Numbered from the stretch's first letter, positions 1 through 9,887 are shown. The stretch: 24,000 bases of DNA from Hyphomicrobiales bacterium (GCA_038323025.1 JBBQGL010000028.1:1-24000), one strand, 5' to 3'. Program-made: numbers and translations. The notes: generated from the letters alone by a model not told the origin.

Positions 1-425
1 GTGTCGTCGTTGAACAAACCGGTGCAGCAAATCAGGGACGCGCTGGCGGCATCGGTCAGCGTGACGTCGAGGCCGCCGTAGAGGGGCAAATCGCGGTCGG
101 CGCCAAGATGGAAGACGCGTTCGCCGTGCCTGGCCGCGAGATAGGTCCGCGTCGCCTCCCCCGACGTGACGATATCGTCGTAGGCGGCCCGATCGACACC
201 GAAGCGATCGAGTTGCTCGGCGACCTGGGTCTTGAGCCGCGGCGCATTGGTGATGAGGAGCACGCGTCCTCCGCCGGACCGGAAACGGGCCAGCGCCCGG
301 CCCGCCTCGGGCAAGGCCGCCAAACCGTTGTGAACGACACCCCAGACGTCGCAGAGCAGATAGCGATAATTCGGCGCCAGCTCGGCCAGTCCGGAGGCCG
401 CCGCCGGATTCTGATTGTTGGGCAT
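1..425 (-). CDS. HAD-superfamily subfamily IIA hydrolase (TIGR01459-like), 5' part only; the 3' end lies beyond the window
   Basis: My own reverse-complement translation from the ATG at 425-423 gives MPNNQNPAAASGLAELAPNYRYLLCDVWGVVHNGLAALPEAGRALARFRSGGGRVLLITNAPR... The frame stays open to position 1. The DVWGV(V/L)HNG nucleophile motif and the ITNAPR motif are typical of HAD-IIA proteins. It is missing from the ORF track because no stop codon lies in the window. Confidence 0.7.
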   Translation of the reverse strand, partial: MPNNQNPAAASGLAELAPNYRYLLCDVWGVVHNGLAALPEAGRALARFRSGGGRVLLITNAPRLKTQVAEQLDRFGVDRAAYDDIVTSGEATRTYLAARHGERVFHLGADRDLPLYGGLDVTLTDAASASLICCTGLFNDD

Positions 426-607
426 TCGCAGAAGGTTCCGTGAATTTGCCGTATTCCGGCTTGCCGCCCGGCTATGCGGTTGCCGGGCGTCGGTCAAGCC
501 CAACGAAGCAATTCCGCGAAAGCGCGCGCGAACCCTTCCTTTACCCTAATCGGGCATAAACGACGCGAACGCTTCAATCCAAAGACGAAGGCGGGGTCGC
601 CCGGTCA

Positions 608-2008
608 ATGGCATTCGGCCAGCCAGTCCAGGAGCCTGTCGACGTGATCATCGTCGACGCCGACCCGAGCCAGCGCCGCGCGCTTGCCGGGCTGATCTCC
701 GAGCGCGCGGTCGGCCGTTTCCTGCCGCGCCTTTGCGCGAGCCGCGCCGAAGCGCTTGCCGCAATCCGGGCGAGCAGCAGCTCGATCATGATCGCCGACA
801 TTGAAACGGTCGGCGGCGCCAGCCACCTTTCCGAAATAGGTGGCGCCAGCACGCCGGTGATCGCAACCAGTTCGGTGGGCTCGGTCTCGGTCGCGGTCGC
901 CGCGGTCAAGGCCGGCGCGATCGATTTCATGCCGAAGCCGATCGGGGCACGCGGGCTGATCGAACGCCTGGACGCGGCAATGGCGGCGTGGAGCCAACCC
1001 GAACCGGACAAGAAGGCGGCGCCAACCGAACCGGCACCGACGCCGACGGCCGACTTCGCCGGTTTCATCGGCACTTCCCCGGCGATGCGCGAGGTCTATG
1101 ACCACATTCGCCGCATGGCCCCGTCGCGGGCACCGGTCTTCATCAGCGGCGAGAGCGGTACCGGCAAGGAAATCTGCGCCGAGGCGATCCACGCCCACAG
1201 CGGCACGGCCGGGAGGCCGTTCATCGCGCTCAATTGCAGCGCGATCCCGCGCGAGCTCATGGAGAGCGAGATATTCGGCCACATGCGCGGCGCCTTTACC
1301 GGCGCGGCGGAAAACCGCCCCGGTGCGGCGGAGCTTGCCCACGGCGGCACCCTCTTCCTCGACGAGATCGCGGAGATGGATCTTTCCCTGCAGGCGAAAT
1401 TGCTCCGCTTCGTCCAGACGGGAACGCTGCGCCGTGTCGGCGGAAGCGAGCTGAAACACGTGGACGTGCGCATCGTCTCGGCCACCAACCGCGATCCCTT
1501 CGCCGAGGTGGCGGCGGAACGCTTTCGCGCCGACCTGTTTTACCGCCTGCACGTACTGCCCATCCACCTGCCACCGCTACGGGCACGCGGCGACGACGTG
1601 ATTGCGCTCGCGAACGCATTCCTGCGCCGGTTCGCCAGCGAAGAAGGGCGGAACTTCCGCGGCTTCGATAGCGAGGCGCGGGAGCGCATCCGGACCTACG
1701 CGTGGCCGGGCAACGTCCGCCAGCTCGAAAACGCGATCCGCCGCATCGTCGTCCTGCATGACGGCGAAGAAGTCGCCGCCCGAATGCTGCCGATTAACCT
1801 TTCCGGCAATGCCGAAGAGATGACTCCGAAGACCGCGCCGACTGCCCGGGCAACGGTGGTGCCGTTTCTGGCGCAGGAGCGCCAGATCATCGAGAATGCC
1901 CTCGCCGCGCATGGCGGCAACATCGCGCGCGCGGCCGCGGCCCTCGAAATCAGCCCGGCCACGATCTACCGTAAGCGACAGGCGTGGACCGGCCGCGCCA
2001 GCGCCTGA
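608..2008 (+). CDS. Sigma-54-dependent response regulator (NtrC/LuxO-type enhancer-binding protein): receiver + AAA+ + Fis-type HTH
   Basis: 466-aa ORF. The N-terminal receiver-like domain shows VIIVDAD, IMIADIE, VIATSS and DFMPKP. The AAA+ core has Walker A GESGTGKE, the sigma-54 contact loop GAFTGA, and Walker B LFLDEIAEM. The C-terminal HTH reads GGNIARAAAALEISPATIYRK. The central domain resembles LuxO/NtrC. Confidence 0.9.
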   Translation: MAFGQPVQEPVDVIIVDADPSQRRALAGLISERAVGRFLPRLCASRAEALAAIRASSSSIMIADIETVGGASHLSEIGGASTPVIATSSVGSVSVAVAAVKAGAIDFMPKPIGARGLIERLDAAMAAWSQPEPDKKAAPTEPAPTPTADFAGFIGTSPAMREVYDHIRRMAPSRAPVFISGESGTGKEICAEAIHAHSGTAGRPFIALNCSAIPRELMESEIFGHMRGAFTGAAENRPGAAELAHGGTLFLDEIAEMDLSLQAKLLRFVQTGTLRRVGGSELKHVDVRIVSATNRDPFAEVAAERFRADLFYRLHVLPIHLPPLRARGDDVIALANAFLRRFASEEGRNFRGFDSEARERIRTYAWPGNVRQLENAIRRIVVLHDGEEVAARMLPINLSGNAEEMTPKTAPTARATVVPFLAQERQIIENALAAHGGNIARAAAALEISPATIYRKRQAWTGRASA

Positions 2009-2016
2009 CCGGTCAG

Positions 2017-3594
2017 TTACTTCTCAACCCTCAGGGCCGCGATCGTTTCCGCGATTTGCCGGAAGGCGCCGGCCAGTTCGTCATCCGAGCTGGAAAGGAA
2101 GGCGGTTTCCGGCGATGACGCGCAGGCGCGCAGAAGATCCATCGCCGCTTTCGAATTCCCGCCGCCGAAACCGATCGTGTAGATCGTGATGTCGGTCGTC
2201 GCCTTGATGTTGGCGCAGGTCTCGATGGTGTAGGCCTCCATCTTGCCGACGATCGCGGCGTTGTCGGTGGTGGGCGTTCCGAGATGGCCGGCCGCGACGT
2301 AGCCGTAGGCGCCATAAATCGACTTGTTGGGGTTGTTGTACGAATCGTAGCGGTTCTCACCGTCGCTCATGATGACCAGGATCTTGTGGTTTCCCGGCGT
2401 CTTGTACGGCCTGCCCTCCTGGAACGGCGGGGCCGGCGAGAGCAGCTTCCAACCCCAGGCGACGCCGGCATGGGTGTTGGTAAGGCCGGTCGCCTGCATC
2501 GCGTCGATCGCCGTCTGCAGCCGCGTGCGGTCGCCGGTCAGCGGCACTAGCGGCTGCGCGGTGCAGTTGAGGTTCGGTCCAACGACGGTGCCGTTGCCGT
2601 TCCCGGGTGGCAAGGCGGCCGAGTTGCGGTACTTGCACAGGCGGGCCTGGACTTCGCCGGCGTTGGCGCGCGTCGTCGCCGCCCTGTCCGCAGGCGCGGT
2701 GCAGGCATCGGAACTGTCGGCGATGTAATCGTTGTCGTAGCCGGGCAACGCGGGCTCGTCGGGAGCGAACATCGGAACGACAAGCGACTTCGGGTCGGCG
2801 GGATCGGCCGGGGCGTCGTTCACGTCGAGGGGATAGGGTCGCATCTCGACGCAGCCGCCCCACGTGATGTTCTTCAGTTGCCGGAAGAGCGTGAAGCGAT
2901 TGCCGGTCACCGAAGTGGCGGGCGAGGCAGTGTTCCAGAGGAAATTCTCGAGGTGATCGGCGCCGACGCCGTTGCGATCGAGCCAGGTTGCCTTCGGATC
3001 GTCCTGGTATTGCGGGCCGACATTGACCGCGGCGGCGAAGGGCACGAGGCCGATCTTCACCGGGTTTGCCTTGGGATTTGCGGCATTGAAGGCGAACAGC
3101 GTGTTGACAAGGTCGCTCGCCGCCTTGCGCAGCGCGCGCATGCGCGAGCCGGCCATCGAGCCCGCATTGTCGAGGGCGAGGACGACTTCGTAGGTCGCGG
3201 AAGCGTCGGCGACGGTCTTCGCCATCATGTCGAAGACGATGTCCTTCAACCCGAACAGCCCGAGGAAGCGCGTCGGTACCGCGACCTCGGTGTGCAGTTG
3301 CACGCTGCCGGCGTCGACGCTGACGGTCACGATCGGTGCGACATCGACCTTGCCGGCGACGTTCCGGCGGAAGGTCTCGTTGGCCGCCTTTTCGATTTCG
3401 CCCGCGGTATGGAAGCCGAGGAGCCGGGCGGCGTCGATGGCGGTGGCGTTGAGCGAGGCCTGGATGCCGGCCCTCTCCCCGTAAGCGCGGCCGTAGTCGA
3501 CGGCGCCGCCGAGCACGCCGATCGCCGGAATCGTCGCGATCGCGAACGTGGTAATCATGCTGCCGCGGGTCGCGCGCAGGAACCGCCTGAACAT
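2017..3594 (-). CDS. TadG-like (TadE/G N-terminal) secreted protein with a von Willebrand factor A domain
   Basis: 525-aa ORF. The N-terminus RGSMITTFAIATIPAIGVLGGAVDYGRAY matches the TadE/TadG-like hydrophobic segment. VWA signatures are VVLALDNAGSMAG (MIDAS-like), ILVIMSDGEN and IYTIGFGG, with a large Cys-containing insertion between them. Confidence 0.8.
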   Translation of the reverse strand: MFRRFLRATRGSMITTFAIATIPAIGVLGGAVDYGRAYGERAGIQASLNATAIDAARLLGFHTAGEIEKAANETFRRNVAGKVDVAPIVTVSVDAGSVQLHTEVAVPTRFLGLFGLKDIVFDMMAKTVADASATYEVVLALDNAGSMAGSRMRALRKAASDLVNTLFAFNAANPKANPVKIGLVPFAAAVNVGPQYQDDPKATWLDRNGVGADHLENFLWNTASPATSVTGNRFTLFRQLKNITWGGCVEMRPYPLDVNDAPADPADPKSLVVPMFAPDEPALPGYDNDYIADSSDACTAPADRAATTRANAGEVQARLCKYRNSAALPPGNGNGTVVGPNLNCTAQPLVPLTGDRTRLQTAIDAMQATGLTNTHAGVAWGWKLLSPAPPFQEGRPYKTPGNHKILVIMSDGENRYDSYNNPNKSIYGAYGYVAAGHLGTPTTDNAAIVGKMEAYTIETCANIKATTDITIYTIGFGGGNSKAAMDLLRACASSPETAFLSSSDDELAGAFRQIAETIAALRVEK

Positions 3595-3683
3595 CAGGGA
3601 ACGCCTCGGCCGTCGGTGATACTGAGGCGAGGACCCTACGCGAGCGGGATTGCGGGCCGGTTAATCGATGACCTTGACGAGGC

Positions 3684-3711
3684 TTGACAAGCGCCGGTCG
3701 CCTTCCTAAAT
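3684..3711 (+). promoter_or_regulatory. Putative sigma-70-type promoter of groESL (-35 TTGACA, 16-17 nt spacer, -10 CTAAAT/TAAATC)
   Basis: TTGACA lies at 3684-3689 and CTAAAT at 3706-3711, just upstream of the CIRCE operator. This is a motif match only. Confidence 0.4.
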
Positions 3712-3728
3712 CCGCGCATCCGCATTCG

Positions 3729-3755
3729 TTAGCACTCGCCACCGTTGAGTGCTAA
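3729..3755 (+). promoter_or_regulatory. CIRCE operator (HrcA binding site)
   Basis: TTAGCACTC-GCCACCGTT-GAGTGCTAA is a perfect match to the CIRCE consensus TTAGCACTC-N9-GAGTGCTAA. It sits 59 nt upstream of the groES ATG. Confidence 0.92.
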
Positions 3756-3813
3756 CAGTGCTCGAAACAACGATCCGATCCCGGATCAGTTCATCGAGGG
3801 GAAGAGAAAACTC

Positions 3814-5818
<2,005 letters not shown>

Positions 5819-5846
5819 GGTCTGTCGCCTTCACCCACGCATTCGG

Positions 5847-5876
5847 AAAGGCCGCCCCCGGGCGGCCTTTTCTTTT
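5847..5876 (+). terminator. Rho-independent terminator of groESL
   Basis: GGCCGCC(C) at 5850-5857 pairs with (G)GGCGGCC at 5860-5867. The stem is followed by TTTTCTTTT at 5868-5876, 30 nt after the groEL stop. Confidence 0.8.
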
Positions 5877-5880
5877 AGAC

Positions 5881-5912
5881 TTCAGAGATCATGTATATGC
5901 TGGTAATATACA
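5881..5912 (+). promoter_or_regulatory. Putative brnTA promoter (-35 TTCAGA, -10 TAATAT) overlapped by the 7-bp inverted repeat TGTATAT-N7-ATATACA
   Basis: TTCAGA at 5881-5886, 17 nt spacer, TAATAT at 5904-5909. The inverted-repeat arms lie at 5892-5898 and 5906-5912. The brnT ATG at 5916 follows 6 nt after the -10 with no Shine-Dalgarno, which suggests a leaderless mRNA. Confidence 0.35.
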
Positions 5913-5915
5913 ATA

Positions 5916-6218
5916 ATGATAGATTGGTCCCGGATTGAAGGCTTCGACTGGGACGACGGCAACCGAAGCAGAAGCCTTGTGAAGCACGGCGTTGCTCCGG
6001 CTGAAGCAGAGCAAGTATTTCAGAATACGCCGTTGTTGGTGTCGGCAGATGAGAGCCATAGCGGCGGCGAAGTGAGATATCTGGCCTTGGGACGAACTGA
6101 CGGAGGCCGCCTGCTATTCGTCTCATTCACGTTGAGGATGAGCGGGACGCTTGTCCGGGTGATCTCGGCCCGGCCGATGAAAGCCAAGGAGCGGAACCGA
6201 TATGGCCAAGAAACTTAA
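5916..6218 (+). CDS. brnT: BrnT-family (DUF497) type II toxin, ribonuclease
   Basis: 100 aa. FDWDDGNRSRSLVKHGVAPAEAEQVF matches the DUF497/BrnT signature (F.WD..N..KN..KHGV). The C-terminal VISARPMKAKER is typical. It overlaps the downstream antitoxin gene by 17 nt. Confidence 0.85.
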   Translation: MIDWSRIEGFDWDDGNRSRSLVKHGVAPAEAEQVFQNTPLLVSADESHSGGEVRYLALGRTDGGRLLFVSFTLRMSGTLVRVISARPMKAKERNRYGQET

Positions 6219-6462
6219 GCCAATTCCCCGTTTCGCCAACGAGGCGGAAGAACGCAAGTTCTGGGAGAGCCACGACTCTTCCCCCTATATCGACTGGAGC
6301 AAGGCACAGCGCGTGACCTTGCCAAACCTGAAACTGTCGACCAAGTCCATCTCGCTTAGGATGCCCGAAGGCCTCCTCGACCGCATCAAGGTGGAAGCCA
6401 ACAAACGCGACGTGCCCTACCAGTCGCTGATCAAGATCTGGCTGGCCGAGAAGGTCTCCTAG
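6202..6462 (+). CDS. brnA: BrnA-family antitoxin (CopG/RHH-like C-terminus)
   Basis: 86 aa. The pattern ...FANEAEERKFWESHDSS.YIDWSKA...ISLRMPEGLLDRIKVEANKRDVPYQSLIKIWLAEKV is characteristic of BrnA antitoxins. The gene is translationally coupled to brnT. Confidence 0.85.
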   Translation: MAKKLKPIPRFANEAEERKFWESHDSSPYIDWSKAQRVTLPNLKLSTKSISLRMPEGLLDRIKVEANKRDVPYQSLIKIWLAEKVS

Positions 6463-6470
6463 CCCTCGCC

Positions 6471-7754
6471 TCACTCCTCGGTCGCCGGGATTGGGGCGAC
6501 CTCGATCTTGTCCAGCGGCTCGTGGTGCAGCGTCGCCTCGAAGGCGCGCAGGCGTTTGTAGATCGAAATCTGCTCGACGATCGTCGACCACGAATTGACC
6601 AGGTACTGGAAGGAAGATGCGACCTGGTCGAAGGCCTGCAGGATGCGCTGCATGATGCCGAGGGTAAAGCCGGCGGCGACGATGGTCGGCGCCAACGCGA
6701 CATAGGGCACGAGGACGCCGGCCTGCAGGTAGCCGTACCGGGCGATGTTGAAATAAAGGTAGTTAAGATAGATGCGGTAATAGTTGCGGCGCACGTGATC
6801 GAAGAGCGCCGCCAGCGTCATCGGCTCGGCGCGCGCCGGGTCATCCTCACCGAGCACCAGTTCCTTGCGATAGGCCGCCTCGACCCGCTGGTTGCGGAAG
6901 TTCAGCCCCGGCAGCCGGATGCCGGCGATCGCCAGCAACCCCGTGCCGAAAGCCGACCAGACGATGGCGACGATCACCAGCGCCTGCGGCACCGGCCCGA
7001 TGATCGGCAGCTCCTTCACGTAGACCGAGAGCCCCCAGAGGATCGGCAGGAAGGCGATCAGCGTCATCACCGAGCTGATCATGCTGGTGCCGAGATCCTC
7101 CATGGTCGAGGCGAAGCGCATGGTGTCTTCTTGGATGCGCTGCGAGGCGCCCTCGATGGTGCGCAGCCGGGACCAGTTGGCGACATAGTAGTCGTTCATC
7201 GCGGTGCGCCAGCGGAAGATGTAATGGCTGACGAGGAAGGCATTGAAGACCGCGGTCATGATGTAGACCATGGCGATGCCGAGGAAGGTGGTGAGCTGGC
7301 CGAAATAGGCGTCGGCGGTAATCGTGCCGGGCTTGCCCAGCGCCTGCTGGATGAGGTCGTAGAAGGTGCCGAACCAGTTGTTGATCATCACGTTCAGTTC
7401 GACCTGGAACCAGATGATGAAGAGGATCACCTCGCTGCCGACCACCGACCACCAGAACCAGCGATGCGGCCCGATGCGCGACCAGGCTACCGCGAAGATC
7501 GCCCCGACCACGATCATGTACTGGTAGACCCAGACGTCGATCGCCATGTTGTTGGCGGACTCGAAGGCGGACTTGGCGATGTCCGTCGCGCTGGCGTCGA
7601 GCGCCGCCGGATAGCCGAAGCCGAACCACCCGCCGAGGCTCAGCTTCTCGCCAAGGTCGCGGACGCCGAGGTACCAGAGGGCGATGCAGACCGCCGCCCA
7701 GGCGACCGCAGACCCAAAGAAGAGCTTCGGCCGCGGAAAGAAGGATGAAAACAT
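6471..7754 (-). CDS. bacA: SbmA/BacA-family peptide (antimicrobial peptide) uptake transporter
   Basis: From Met41 of the listed ORF: MFSSFFPRPKLFFGSAVAWAA...WFGTFYDLIQQAL...HYIFRWRTAMNDYYVANWSRLRTIEGASQRIQEDTMRFAST...NFRNQRVEAAYRKELVLGEDD... This is collinear with E. coli SbmA as I remember it. AGGAGA lies about 8 nt upstream of the ATG at 7754. The 40-aa Arg-rich extension in the track was rejected. Confidence 0.9.
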   Translation of the reverse strand: MFSSFFPRPKLFFGSAVAWAAVCIALWYLGVRDLGEKLSLGGWFGFGYPAALDASATDIAKSAFESANNMAIDVWVYQYMIVVGAIFAVAWSRIGPHRWFWWSVVGSEVILFIIWFQVELNVMINNWFGTFYDLIQQALGKPGTITADAYFGQLTTFLGIAMVYIMTAVFNAFLVSHYIFRWRTAMNDYYVANWSRLRTIEGASQRIQEDTMRFASTMEDLGTSMISSVMTLIAFLPILWGLSVYVKELPIIGPVPQALVIVAIVWSAFGTGLLAIAGIRLPGLNFRNQRVEAAYRKELVLGEDDPARAEPMTLAALFDHVRRNYYRIYLNYLYFNIARYGYLQAGVLVPYVALAPTIVAAGFTLGIMQRILQAFDQVASSFQYLVNSWSTIVEQISIYKRLRAFEATLHHEPLDKIEVAPIPATEE

Positions 7755-8005
7755 CGGGGGTCGTCTCCTGGCGGGCGGCATGGAAAGCCGCCGGAATGGC
7801 GTCGCGCGCGGCAGGATGGGCGAACCCCGGCGCCGGTGCAATCGGGATGTGACGATTTGACGACGGCGGGCCAATCCTTGTCGGCCCGGCGCCGATACGC
7901 TAGGAAGCGCCCAATCTCGGGGTCGGAGGACGGAGCGCCGGAGACAGGCAGAGGCAATCTGTCGTCGGCGTTTCGTCCTCCTTCATCTCCGCCGGATCGC
8001 TCCTC

Positions 8006-9628
8006 ATGTCGACCAAGGACAACCAGCCCAAGGCCCGCCTGCCGCGCGGTTTCGGCGACCGTTCCGCGGCCGACATCCGCGCGACCGAACGGATGCTCGC
8101 GACCATTCGCAGCGTCTACGAGCGCTACGGCTTCGAGCCGGTAGAGACGCCACTCATCGAATACACCGACGCGCTCGGCAAATTCCTGCCCGACCAGGAC
8201 CGCCCGAACGAGGGGGTCTTTTCCTTCCAGGACGAGGACGCACAAGAGGCGAGGAGCGCCGAAGGCGCGAGCGGGAAAAAGGGTGAGTGGCTGTCGTTGC
8301 GCTACGACCTGACGGCGCCGCTCGCCCGATATGTGGCGGAGAACTTCGAGAAGCTGCCGAAACCCTATCGCAGCTATCGCGCCGGCTGGGTTTTTCGCAA
8401 CGAGAAGCCGGGGCCGGGACGCTTCCGCCAGTTCATGCAGTTCGATGCCGACACGGTCGGCGCCGCCTCCCCCGCTGCCGATGCCGAGATGTGCATGATG
8501 GCGGCGGATACGCTGGAGGCGCTCGGAATCCCGCGCGGCCAGTACGTCATCAAGGTCAATTCGCGGAAAGTGCTGGATGGCGTGATGGAGGCGATCGGCC
8601 TTGGTGGCGATGATAACGTCGGACGCCGGCTGACGGTGCTCCGCGCAATCGACAAATACGATCGGCTTGGTAGGGTCGGAGTGTCGGAATTACTCGGCGC
8701 TGGTCGCACTGACGACAGCGGCGACTTCACGAAAGGCGCCGGCCTTTCTCTGGAGCAGTCGACACAACTCCTGTCGGCCTTCTTACCGGCGCCGAACGTC
8801 GGGCCGATCGAGCGAATACCGGCCGACATCGTTGGCGAAGATGATGCCAAGATTGCCTTCGGAACGCGATCCGTGGGCGCGACCGTGAACGACTATTTGC
8901 TCGACGAGTGGGAGGTGAATACGGTTTCGGGATCACCCACCGGCGCCGCAGGCGTCGCCGAGCTGAGGGAGATTTCAAACGTCCTCAAAGCCGCCGGCTA
9001 TGGCTCGAACCGCGTGCGGATAGATGGATCCGTCGTCCGCGGCCTCGAGTACTACACTGGCGCGGTGTTCGAGGCAGAGCTCACCTTCGAGGTGAAGGAC
9101 GACGAGGGCCGGCCCGTCCGCTTCGGCTCGGTCGGCGGGGGCGGGCGCTACGACGGCCTCGTCGGCCGCTTCATGAAGGACAATGTCCCGGCGACCGGCT
9201 TCTCCATCGGTGCATCGCGGCTACAGGCGGCGCTCGCCGCGCTCAACAAGGGCAAGGCGGCTCCGGATGCCGGTCCGGTGGTCGTCCTCGTCATGGATCG
9301 CGAGCGCGTCGGCGAATACCAGGCGCTGGTCAGCCGGCTCCGGAACGACGGGGTCGCGTCCGAGATGTATCTCGGCTCCTCCGGCATGAAGGCGCAGATG
9401 AAATACGCCGACCGCCGCAATGCCCCGCTTGTCGTCATCCAGGGCGGCGACGAGAAGGCGAAGAGCGTGGTCCAGATCAAGGACATGCGCCTCGGCAAGC
9501 AGTTGGCCGAAGGGATTACCGATAACGCCGAATGGCGCGAGCAGCGCGTCGCCCAGGAGGAGGTCGCGGAGGCCGACCTGGTGGCGGCGGTGAAGCGGAT
9601 GCTCGGGCGCACCGAGCGCCAGCGGTAG
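8006..9628 (+). CDS. hisS: Histidine--tRNA ligase (long alphaproteobacterial form)
   Basis: 540 aa. Class II aaRS motifs are present: [51 protein letters not shown] and GGGRYDGLV, plus a C-terminal anticodon-binding domain. Confidence 0.95.
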   Translation: MSTKDNQPKARLPRGFGDRSAADIRATERMLATIRSVYERYGFEPVETPLIEYTDALGKFLPDQDRPNEGVFSFQDEDAQEARSAEGASGKKGEWLSLRYDLTAPLARYVAENFEKLPKPYRSYRAGWVFRNEKPGPGRFRQFMQFDADTVGAASPAADAEMCMMAADTLEALGIPRGQYVIKVNSRKVLDGVMEAIGLGGDDNVGRRLTVLRAIDKYDRLGRVGVSELLGAGRTDDSGDFTKGAGLSLEQSTQLLSAFLPAPNVGPIERIPADIVGEDDAKIAFGTRSVGATVNDYLLDEWEVNTVSGSPTGAAGVAELREISNVLKAAGYGSNRVRIDGSVVRGLEYYTGAVFEAELTFEVKDDEGRPVRFGSVGGGGRYDGLVGRFMKDNVPATGFSIGASRLQAALAALNKGKAAPDAGPVVVLVMDRERVGEYQALVSRLRNDGVASEMYLGSSGMKAQMKYADRRNAPLVVIQGGDEKAKSVVQIKDMRLGKQLAEGITDNAEWREQRVAQEEVAEADLVAAVKRMLGRTERQR

Positions 9629-9670
9629 CTGCCGTGCGTTTCCCACCCGTAGCGCCGCGGCTCGCGCCCA

Positions 9671-9845
9671 TCTCCCCCCTTGAGGGGGAGAATAGCGAAG
9701 CCCGATTTTCGCCGAAGGCGGAAATCGGTGGCGCAGCTAAGAGGGGGGTTATGGCGCGCGCCCCCTCCACCCCCCCTCTTAGCTTCGCTAACGTCTCGCT
9801 CACGCGAGCCGTAAGCTCCGCTTTTCTCCCCCTCAAGAGGGGAGA
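9671..9845. repeat. Mosaic nested-palindrome intergenic element (REP/RIME/MITE-like), element A
   Basis: The termini are inverted copies of a self-palindromic 21-mer: TCTCCCCCCTTGAGGGGGAGA at 9671-9691 and TCTCCCCCTCAAGAGGGGAGA at 9825-9845. Inside is a perfect 13-bp inverted repeat, GCTAAGAGGGGGG at 9736-9748 and CCCCCCTCTTAGC at 9771-9783. A hairpin CCGATTTTCGCC-GAAG-GCGGAAATCGG lies at 9702-9728. Confidence 0.7.
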
Positions 9846-9887
9846 GGCGTGCCTCATCGCCGGCAGCCGGGGACGGGCTGCGTCCAA

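Noticed and set aside
473-650. Small ORFs in the divergent promoter regions (about 58 codons starting at 473; 26 codons at 7779)
   Set aside because: They have no RBS and basic low-complexity sequence, and they overlap the start of the regulator gene or lie in a promoter region.
605-1567. 320-aa minus-strand ORF (and other 100-170 aa ORFs) antisense to or out of frame with the sigma-54 regulator gene
   Set aside because: It is Arg/Ala/Gly-rich with no recognisable domains, and it is fully embedded in a gene that has unambiguous AAA+ motifs. This is the typical open-frame artefact of high-GC DNA.
3641-3662. Possible sigma-54 -24/-12 promoter (GG...GC) upstream of the TadG-like gene, which would link it to the adjacent regulator
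   Set aside because: On the minus strand, AACCGGCCCGCAATCCCGCT has GG and GC spaced one nucleotide off the consensus and lacks the TGGCAC and TTGC context. This is not convincing by eye.
2357-3742. 461-aa minus-strand ORF overlapping the TadG-like gene in another frame; also 2878-3687 plus
   Set aside because: It is extremely Arg-rich low-complexity sequence. The in-frame TadG/VWA reading has clear motifs and a sensible start.
6522-7748. 408-aa plus-strand ORF antisense to bacA; also 6847-7629 minus and 7640-8245 minus
   Set aside because: It has no motifs and Asp/Arg/Gly-rich composition. The opposite strand is collinear with SbmA/BacA over its full length.
7755-7874. N-terminal extensions of listed ORFs: bacA by 40 aa, tag by 90 aa (12741-13010), the second LDT by 170 aa (13288-13797), thiE by 76 aa (18382-18609), groES by 23 aa (3745-3813), the first LDT by 30 aa and the MFS by 32 aa
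   Set aside because: The extensions are Arg/Pro-rich, overlap neighbouring genes or operators, and have no homologue-like sequence. The internal ATGs have Shine-Dalgarno sequences and give canonical N-termini or signal peptides.
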